Source: a plasmid. Taken from it: a stretch of 64,000 nt of DNA. A program made the translations under genes and the position numbers. The first letter of the stretch is position 1; every line of letters begins with the position of its first letter. Of this stretch, positions 1 to 7,077 are shown in pieces. Below the pieces are notes generated by a model that was given only the letters and a program-made list of their open reading frames with translations, was not told the DNA's origin and did no database searches. Location of the stretch: sequence record NZ_CP137560.1, one strand, 5' to 3'.

Positions 1-351
1 ATCTCAATCATGCGGTTCAAGATAACCTCTGCGCTTGTTCTCCATCGTTTCATGAAGATTTCGCTGCGGAGAATGTTCTCACGTTCCGTAAGCGGACGAC
101 CTTTGAGGAAACCGAACAATTTCTGTATATCGCCCCTGGCATCCGATAGGCTGTTCAAAGCCTCCATTTCTTTGTCTGTCAAGCGTTGTTTGGGGTATTT
201 GCCCTCCAACCGCTTGCGTGCGTATGCGCTTGTGGTTAGTCCGCAAAGAGCAGCATATTCCGCTATCTCCTTATGGAGTTGCGGTGTCAGCCTTACTATC
301 AGGCGGCTCGTGTATTTCGGAGCCTCCTTATCTATAATTCTCTTATTCATA
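1..351 (-). CDS. MobC-family mobilisation (relaxosome accessory) protein, partial; start at 351, 3' end beyond window
   Basis: Own minus-strand translation gives MNKRIIDKEAPKYTSRLIVRLTPQLHKEIAEYAALCGLTTSAYARKRLEGKYP...; paralogous to the MobC-like ORF at 17014..17424 (shared ...L.RL.....KE.GLS.S.Y...... pattern); absent from the ORF track because it has no stop in the window. Confidence 0.55.
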
Positions 352-425
352 CCAAGTATTGCTTCTATAAAAGTGTGCAACCCAATGCGAGCTTGCGAGC
401 GTTCAAGAAGTCCATTGGCATACGG

Positions 426-444
426 ACAAACGAAGTGCGTTTGT
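426..444. promoter_or_regulatory. 7-bp perfect inverted repeat ACAAACG-aagtg-CGTTTGT immediately upstream of the partial mobC-like gene; candidate oriT/nic hairpin
   Basis: Read directly from sequence; sits in the mob-upstream position where oriT lies in NBU-like elements. Confidence 0.25.
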
Positions 445-551
445 ATGACATTGGTATTTCTTGCATAGCACTGCCATCAGAGTTTACGCACAAGCACGCT
501 ACGCACTGCGATTGCACCAGTTCACAGACTTGTTGTATAACGGTTCTCAAA

Positions 552-1202
552 TTACCCAAGCAACAGCAATTGTGGGGCATCCTCCGCTTCCATCTGTTCT
601 TTGAAGAATTGCCTTCTGGCTTCTGCCTCCAGTTCCATGTCAGAGACGCTTGGCGGTGGAACATCTTCCTCCTCTCCATTATTGCCATTTCCTGAAGTTA
701 GGGAAGAAAAGGAACTGTTGGCAAGTTGTGTTGGAGAAGTACCGCCATTTTTGATGGGTGGATCCTCCTTGTTAGGGAATGCGGTTGTGGAAGTCATAGT
801 ATTAGACTTGCCGGAACAGTCTCTTTGGTTGATGGGAACATAGTGAGGATTGACATATTTCTTGCCGTCAACAATCCATGCAGAAATGCAGAGCAATGTG
901 TGAACACTTCCTCGTCTTGTCTGTACAGAAGAAAGGATGCCCAATTTGTTCATGTGGTCAAGCATCTTGGAGACGGTTTTTCGGTCACACTTCCATAGTT
1001 TGGATAGAGCCACCTCTGACATGTTCACCTCCCATAATGCGGTTGTGGATTCCCCAACCTCATTTGATGTTTCAATCTGTCGTGTCACAATCTGAATGAG
1101 TTGATAAAGGCATGAAAGGCGATTGATGCCAGCCGTGCCACCCATCAGATAGTTTACTTGTTCATTACTCAGGATAATGCTGTTGAAAATATTACTGTTC
1201 AT
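552..1202 (-). CDS. conserved mobile-element backbone protein (paralog of 17695..18519)
   Basis: Shares the motif L(A/S)KLW..DRKTV.K.L..M...GI and the same position (between a small ORF and mobC) as the 274-aa ORF in the second module; Ser/Gly/Asn-rich C-terminal tail. Confidence 0.5.
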   Translation of the reverse strand: MNSNIFNSIILSNEQVNYLMGGTAGINRLSCLYQLIQIVTRQIETSNEVGESTTALWEVNMSEVALSKLWKCDRKTVSKMLDHMNKLGILSSVQTRRGSVHTLLCISAWIVDGKKYVNPHYVPINQRDCSGKSNTMTSTTAFPNKEDPPIKNGGTSPTQLANSSFSSLTSGNGNNGEEEDVPPPSVSDMELEAEARRQFFKEQMEAEDAPQLLLLG

Positions 1203-1273
1203 CGTTGTTTATTTTTGTTGTGTGAATTTTTTCTTGCTGTTATGCGGAAAACTCTCTGCCGTCAAAAGAGAAG

Positions 1274-1621
1274 CTATCGCCTCATGCCGAAGCCTCTCTC
1301 TGGCATATAATACTCCTTGTCGTATGCGATATGGTCAAGCACACGTTGCAGTCGGTCAAGTTGAAGACTGTCAAGCACTTGTATGGCATTGATGGTAATT
1401 TTCTGTGATGCAATTCTTCGATGCTCACAGTTTCTTTCAGACATGGTTCCGTCACCGTCAGCATAGACCGAATGAAGATAGGTATTGACTGCTTCCGTCT
1501 GTTCCTTGCTTGGGTAAGCAGCAGGAAAGCGGTCGGAAATGTAGTCTACCATATTGCTGACCGCATTAGCCAACAGAGGGTCACGTTTTTGCAGACTGTT
1601 TACAAGTTCATCTTTCGTCAT
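1274..1621 (-). CDS. hypothetical protein, mobile-element backbone (positional equivalent of 18584..18901)
   Basis: ORF abutting the HTH gene (5-bp gap); same synteny as in the second module. Confidence 0.4.
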   Translation of the reverse strand: MTKDELVNSLQKRDPLLANAVSNMVDYISDRFPAAYPSKEQTEAVNTYLHSVYADGDGTMSERNCEHRRIASQKITINAIQVLDSLQLDRLQRVLDHIAYDKEYYMPERGFGMRR

Positions 1622-1625
1622 GATG

Positions 1626-1958
1626 CTATGGTCTATTGTTCATTTCATTCAGACGGTTTGCAGCCTCCAGTCTTATCTCCTCCTCCGACATGGCTCTTGC
1701 TCCTCGTACCCAGTCAAGCAAGGCTTTCTTCTCAAAGAAGATGAGCTTGCCAGCAGGCTTGAAGTACGGCAACTGGTTAAGATGCGTCATCTTGTAGAGC
1801 GTGCTCTTGGCAATGCCGAGAAAGGCGGAAGCCTCTTCAAGGTTCAACACTTCCTTTGTCATATAGCAAAGGTTCTCCAACTTGTTCACTCTCGACTGAA
1901 GCTCCACTATCTTGCGCTCATGGTCGAGGTTCATCTTTAATGCGTTTTTTTCTGTCAT
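1626..1958 (-). CDS. helix-turn-helix DNA-binding protein, excisionase-like (paralog of 18904..19221)
   Basis: Shared ...LEEA..F.GI.KS.LYKMTH...LP.F.P.GK.I.FEK..LL.W.R... with 18904..19221; typical small Bacteroides mobile-element HTH protein. Confidence 0.6.
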   Translation of the reverse strand: MTEKNALKMNLDHERKIVELQSRVNKLENLCYMTKEVLNLEEASAFLGIAKSTLYKMTHLNQLPYFKPAGKLIFFEKKALLDWVRGARAMSEEEIRLEAANRLNEMNNRP

Positions 1959-2115
1959 AAATCTGATATTTTGTTTATTTTGTTATCGATTTCGGCTGCA
2001 AAGGTATATTGTTGCCAATGATATTCAAGCAGCCGTTATGGTTTATTAAAAGTGCTGATTTTCAATTCTTTGGTTCTATTTTACCATGCTGCAATGTGGT
2101 AGATTGGTCGGACAC

Positions 2116-2778
2116 TCACTTGAAATTCAGCATCTTCAAATGTCTATCGTTCAAACATTCACAAAACCAAGGATTGGACAATAAGGGTGGCAAATCTTTG
2201 GTTCTATTGCCAGTTCTCGTTTTTGAAAATGTCCAACAGAGTGAAAAACAAAATTTAACACCCGATATTTGCAAGTCATACTGTTTGAGGTCAAAATCGC
2301 TTGCAATAACCACATTTGGGGTACAATGGTAGGAAAATGAGTTGTGAATGAGAGAAATAGGGATTTCCCCTCGTTTTTCAAGGGACAAATTTGTACCTTT
2401 GCAAACGAAACAGAGGTATTCCACAAGGGATATTTCGGGCAAAGTGTTCTTGACTTTATTTTTCCGTGGTTTTGTCCCGTTTTTGTCCCTCGCTGATTTT
2501 GTATCACGAGACAAAAAATTATAAATAGCTGATTTACAGCGATAAAAGTCGTGTTTTGAAGAATTGGTAACGGCAACCACCAGTAACCACCAAAACGGAC
2601 CTTGGGAACCAATGAAATCAGCGTTACAAAGGAACTCGTTGGTCTGAAATACAACGTTGTCTATATCTTCCTCGAATAAATCCACGCCTATGGTTTTTGA
2701 AAGGTCCGAGATATAATCGCCCATTCCCGTCATAGTGCTACCTACAGAAGTATCTAAGAATAATGATGTAAATGCCAT
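2116..2778 (-). CDS. hypothetical protein (long ORF through an AT-rich, promoter-like stretch; true extent uncertain)
   Basis: 220-codon open frame; N-terminal ~100 aa look protein-like, remainder low complexity; an antisense TAccTTTG promoter-like motif lies inside it at ~2397. Confidence 0.3.
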   Translation of the reverse strand: MAFTSLFLDTSVGSTMTGMGDYISDLSKTIGVDLFEEDIDNVVFQTNEFLCNADFIGSQGPFWWLLVVAVTNSSKHDFYRCKSAIYNFLSRDTKSARDKNGTKPRKNKVKNTLPEISLVEYLCFVCKGTNLSLEKRGEIPISLIHNSFSYHCTPNVVIASDFDLKQYDLQISGVKFCFSLCWTFSKTRTGNRTKDLPPLLSNPWFCECLNDRHLKMLNFK

Positions 2779-2805
2779 AATGATATTTTTCTATTTTTTA
2801 AAGTT

Positions 2806-3546
2806 CTAGGGTTTTTCCTTAGCAAAGCCATCCACCGCCATGGCCGCTTGCCAGCGTTTATAAGCATCCTTGGCGATGACAACATTGGAAGAAAGTCGCT
2901 CCGGGGTGACGGCTTGCTCTGATATTTTTTTACTCTTTTTCAAGGAATTCCAATAAAGCAATTGTTTGACGAGAGTCAGATTTCTTTTGACCACATCCTG
3001 ATAGATGGCCAGGTACTCCTTCTTCCTCTTACCCAAGTCCTGATAGGACTCATGGGTAATCTTGATGGCGGTCTCAAAGCAATTGTAGAGATTTCTCCAA
3101 GATTGGTAGTCATTGGGGGAACCACCATAAGATACAATATTGTTGATGTTCTTGTTAAAGATCTCCATCTTACCATCGAGTTTGCTTTTCTCCAGTACCC
3201 ATGAAAGGTCACTGGCACTTGACCTTGAAACAATGTTGATAGCTTCCACCTTCGCTCGCTTGGTGTAATCAGAATCCACTTTCTCTGCCAAGTCTTGCTC
3301 CAGGGTTGTGTAGCCCATGACCTCCGTGCGGTAGAGCAATTTGTTTCTTGCATTGGCATCTTTTTGGTATTTCTTATGAAATGTGTTATAATACCAGGCA
3401 GGGGATAGGCTTCCAGCACCTGTCTCCATGGTAGTGAACTGGTTCATGATGTCACGTTCATGGACATAGGTCACTTCCTGAGCACCGGCATGTAGGCTCA
3501 TTGCGCACAGCAAACCTAAAATCAACTGTTTGAATTTACGTTTCAT
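2806..3546 (-). CDS. secreted protein (signal peptide), paralog of 3571..4386
   Basis: N-terminal signal peptide MKRKFKQLILGLLCAMSLHAGAQ; shared internal motifs (TFHKKYQK / TYHKKTSKK) and C-terminal (I/V)xKDxYxRWxAA with the next ORF. Confidence 0.5.
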   Translation of the reverse strand: MKRKFKQLILGLLCAMSLHAGAQEVTYVHERDIMNQFTTMETGAGSLSPAWYYNTFHKKYQKDANARNKLLYRTEVMGYTTLEQDLAEKVDSDYTKRAKVEAINIVSRSSASDLSWVLEKSKLDGKMEIFNKNINNIVSYGGSPNDYQSWRNLYNCFETAIKITHESYQDLGKRKKEYLAIYQDVVKRNLTLVKQLLYWNSLKKSKKISEQAVTPERLSSNVVIAKDAYKRWQAAMAVDGFAKEKP

Positions 3547-3570
3547 ATCTTTTAATTGCTTTTTTAAAGT

Positions 3571-4386
3571 TTAATCTTCTTTTCTTCCTCCAATCAAACT
3601 GCCGCCACCCAGGGGAGCATGGGTAACAGACTTCTTGTCTTGCAAGCAGTTATGAGCTTCATCACCAGCAGCCAACCATCTGGTATAGGAGTCCTTGACG
3701 ATCTCTTTGATGGTACGAGCCATGAATATCTCCTTTTTCCAGTACCCAAGCCTGATGGTCATATAGGTATGAATGTCCAAATAGGCATGATAGATGGTAT
3801 AGTCAATATGATCCATACTCTCGTTGATGGAATTAAGAATAACCATCAAGTTGGCTGTAGAACACTCTGACTCACCTGAAATAATCAAAGATAAATCCAA
3901 GTATGACTTATAGAGATTTAAAACGGACTTCTCAACCTCCTTGACGGCTCTTTTGCTGGTGTTGACAATCAGCGTATCAGATGACCAGATGGCACCATGG
4001 GAGAGGATTTTCTCATTGTATGTATCTATGAGCTTCCAATATCCAGTGATATTATGCTTGATGCTCTCATAGGTATTTACCCCATGAAAGGCCGTGGCAG
4101 TTCCCTTGAGAATCAAGTCCACAATTTCAAAGCAACGTTTATAATTATCGAGCTTTTGTTCTATCTCCCTATAGTCCGTTATTTTTTTGGAGGTTTTCTT
4201 ATGATAGGTATATGCGCCTAGTTCAGAGATGGCTCTTACTTCCAATACGGTTCTTACCGTCTTGTGGTTTTTAATCATTGCCTCCAAGCTGCCAACGTCA
4301 TCCTGTGCCCAAACATGAGAAGGCAATAAGAGTAGAAGCAAGAGTGTCAGAGGGTTGACTCTTGTTTTTATGATGGAGTATTTCAT
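3571..4386 (-). CDS. secreted protein (signal peptide), paralog of 2806..3546
   Basis: Signal peptide ...LLLLLLPSHVWAQ; C-terminal KDSYTRWLAA motif matching KDAYKRWQAA of the paralog. Confidence 0.5.
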   Translation of the reverse strand: MKYSIIKTRVNPLTLLLLLLLPSHVWAQDDVGSLEAMIKNHKTVRTVLEVRAISELGAYTYHKKTSKKITDYREIEQKLDNYKRCFEIVDLILKGTATAFHGVNTYESIKHNITGYWKLIDTYNEKILSHGAIWSSDTLIVNTSKRAVKEVEKSVLNLYKSYLDLSLIISGESECSTANLMVILNSINESMDHIDYTIYHAYLDIHTYMTIRLGYWKKEIFMARTIKEIVKDSYTRWLAAGDEAHNCLQDKKSVTHAPLGGGSLIGGRKED

Positions 4387-4395
4387 ACTTGATAC

Positions 4396-7077
4396 TTATT
4401 GTTTACTTTGTTTCAGACTGGTTGGCTTTTGTTCCGTTTCCAGGGGAGAGCACTTCTTCATGGCCTGAAGACTGGCTTCTTCCCATCTTTGAAGAGCATA
4501 GGATGCAATCGTGTTCCTCAATCTCCTGGAAACCACATCGAATATTTGTCGCTTGAGAAAATCCAGAACACATTCCCTTTGTGTCATCACCTTTTCTATG
4601 AGAACCAACTGAGCATAGATGCGGGTCAGTTCTTGCTCCACATAGCGAGCCACCTGCAAACGGTCACTGGCCAAGAGCAGATGAATCCCATCTTCATCAT
4701 CCTCATCATCTTTTGTCTGGCTTTGATAGTTGTATCTCATGGAAATGCTACAGTTCGGCATGTCATCCATCCACTTGCGCATTCTCTCGTTGACTTCATC
4801 AGTCAGTTCCTTCTCACTCTTGTTCATGTCAAGCTGCATGACCTCCAATACATTTTCAGAGCTGCTACTAGAGGTTAGCTTAAAATCCACGGACAAGATT
4901 GCTCTATGGATGCGGATGCCCAATGCATAACGAGGCTTACGAGAAAGCTTCAACGTAGCTGTGTAAGTAACTTGACTTTTGGCATCCGGACAGTAAGCGT
5001 GTCTTACGAATACATATTCATCGCTCCCCTGAATCCATTCTCCTTCATCCGCCCACTGCAAGTGGTACATGGAAGCGAGGCTTGCCATGTTGGATGGGAT
5101 GCGATAGGAACCAGAAAGATTGTCGCCCAAGTCCTTGTAATAATCATCCAAAGCCTGATTGAGCTCAGAAAGCATGCGTTCTTTCTGTTGCAAGTCCTGT
5201 TTAAGCAGGGCGTTCTCATTGGAAAGAGCATTATACTCATCATCCAACTTATTGGCCAGCGGATAATTCTTGCTAAACTTGGCCTGTTGGATCCTGGAAA
5301 GGAGATTTTTCTGCTTTGTATCATTCTCCTTGATTTCAGCTTTCAAATTCGCTATTTGCTGATTGAGCTTATTTTGTTTTTCAATGAGTGCCTTAGAGGA
5401 ATCATCCGCCAAGTTGGGCGTTGCTTCCATGGCAAAGTCCTTGGACTTTGGCCATTCCAAGGAGCCACCTTGATTACCATTTTCTTTCCAATTGAAACTT
5501 CCTTCTCCCAAGGAGGCTCCATCCTCACAGGCTGCAAGGAAACTCACAGAAGAGCAGCCTTGCATCTTCCTTTCATCGGCCATAGTATAGTAGCGTGGAT
5601 TGTCACTGCCTAGCTTGAAAGAGATAGTAGGGTGTTCGCCAAGAAACTTTTCATGCTCATCGATAACACCCTGAAGCCTTGCCTGCATTCTCTTCATGAA
5701 GGTGGTCTTGTCCATGGTCTGTGAGTCAAATATTTCCTCATAAACATCTTCCCTGATATCCCATTGGTCTCTCACCTTAACACGGTAAGAATGGAAACAA
5801 TAGCGTTCATCATAAGAATGGCTGAACAAGCCTCCTCCATAGTGGCGGTTTCTGTCCTCATGTCTCTTAACATAGGTAATGGTGCAGTCATGACCAGGGT
5901 TTTGGATATTATACTCATTACATTTAGCCTCATTCCACTCACATCTTTGGAAAAGTTTGTCCTTGAGCTCGGTATCTTCCGCTTCAGTAAGATACTTGTA
6001 GCAAGGTATTACAGAATAGTTCTGTCGTTTTTTCCCACTGGAATGGACAAACCAATCAAGATTCCATCCTGCGTCTCCCCAATTGTTATATCCGGCAGGA
6101 TTGTAGTCGCAAAGTACTCTGCTTCCAGCATCTTGCTGATAGATATACCAACGTTGGGTATAATACTGTCCTTGCATTTCTTCTATATAGGAGGAAATAT
6201 AACCAGAAATATTATAATCACTGATTTGGAATAATTTATCCACTGTGGCTTCATCTCCTTCACCAATCACGGTATAAAGAATCTCCTTGACATTAGTAGC
6301 ATTCTTGAAGGATTTGTATTTATCCCTGAAACTCTCATAGAGTCTGGCTATCTCCCTGGGCTTGGCCTTAAAGATACCTCCAATTTTGGTGACATCCTCC
6401 AGATTATGGTCAATGGCCACCTTACCTGCTTGCGCAATCACGCTGCCCAAATGCTTGAAATCATCAGCGATGTCATCCTGGGAAATTCCCTTGCCAAACT
6501 CTCCAAGCTTAGAAAAAAGACTCTTCCAGTCCACATCAGCAAGCTGCGCCAAGTCGAATAACTTTTGAAGCTTCTCATTGATTAGCAAGAATTGGATATC
6601 CTTGAAGGAGAACTTGCCATTGGTGACCACGCACTCAAACTGTTTGCAGAGGTTTTCGACATTATGGGTGGTCTTATACAGATAAGGTCCCCAATAGAGT
6701 GCATTCTCTGGCTGCTTGATCATTTTGCCAGCCACTGTGATGAACTTAGGCATGATGCCATCCTTTACCAATCTGAATATTCTATGGTAATAGTAATTTT
6801 CCTCCGTGGCAAACAAGCCTGGATTCCGGCGGGCCTCTCTCTCTTTCTTCTTGCTCAGGAAAATGCCGGCAGATGCGATACCTGCCGTTTTGTAATGCTC
6901 CAGTATTTTACTGATATGTGTAGCTGTGTTGCTCTCCTCCAAGGCTTCCGTAGCGTAGGCTGCCGACATGGCTGCCGCCGTGGTATAATCCACGTTGACT
7001 GCGTGCCAGCTCAAGGCCTGCGCCCGAGAGAACAAAAATATGGCAAAACAAACGAATGCTATGATTTTACGCATCAT
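4396..7077 (-). CDS. large secreted coiled-coil protein of unknown function, translationally coupled to traG
   Basis: ORF 4396..7134; likely start at MMRKIIAFVCFAIFLFSRAQA (~7077) directly after the traG stop at 7067; long heptad-like Q/K/E/L-rich region; no recognisable Tra homology. Confidence 0.5.
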   Translation of the reverse strand: MMRKIIAFVCFAIFLFSRAQALSWHAVNVDYTTAAAMSAAYATEALEESNTATHISKILEHYKTAGIASAGIFLSKKKEREARRNPGLFATEENYYYHRIFRLVKDGIMPKFITVAGKMIKQPENALYWGPYLYKTTHNVENLCKQFECVVTNGKFSFKDIQFLLINEKLQKLFDLAQLADVDWKSLFSKLGEFGKGISQDDIADDFKHLGSVIAQAGKVAIDHNLEDVTKIGGIFKAKPREIARLYESFRDKYKSFKNATNVKEILYTVIGEGDEATVDKLFQISDYNISGYISSYIEEMQGQYYTQRWYIYQQDAGSRVLCDYNPAGYNNWGDAGWNLDWFVHSSGKKRQNYSVIPCYKYLTEAEDTELKDKLFQRCEWNEAKCNEYNIQNPGHDCTITYVKRHEDRNRHYGGGLFSHSYDERYCFHSYRVKVRDQWDIREDVYEEIFDSQTMDKTTFMKRMQARLQGVIDEHEKFLGEHPTISFKLGSDNPRYYTMADERKMQGCSSVSFLAACEDGASLGEGSFNWKENGNQGGSLEWPKSKDFAMEATPNLADDSSKALIEKQNKLNQQIANLKAEIKENDTKQKNLLSRIQQAKFSKNYPLANKLDDEYNALSNENALLKQDLQQKERMLSELNQALDDYYKDLGDNLSGSYRIPSNMASLASMYHLQWADEGEWIQGSDEYVFVRHAYCPDAKSQVTYTATLKLSRKPRYALGIRIHRAILSVDFKLTSSSSSENVLEVMQLDMNKSEKELTDEVNERMRKWMDDMPNCSISMRYNYQSQTKDDEDDEDGIHLLLASDRLQVARYVEQELTRIYAQLVLIEKVMTQRECVLDFLKRQIFDVVSRRLRNTIASYALQRWEEASLQAMKKCSPLETEQKPTSLKQSKQ

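Noticed and set aside
10-468. 152-aa plus-strand ORF at the window start
   Set aside because: Antisense to a much more convincing partial MobC-like gene (1..351, minus) that has a clear paralog at 17014..17424; its composition is typical of antisense read-through.
2151-2654. 167-aa alternative-frame ORF inside 2116..2778
   Set aside because: Overlaps a longer ORF in an AT-rich promoter-like region; neither is strongly supported, so only the longer one is kept, at low confidence.
4906-5613. 235-aa plus-strand ORF
   Set aside because: Lies entirely antisense within the 4396..7134 gene; no start context.
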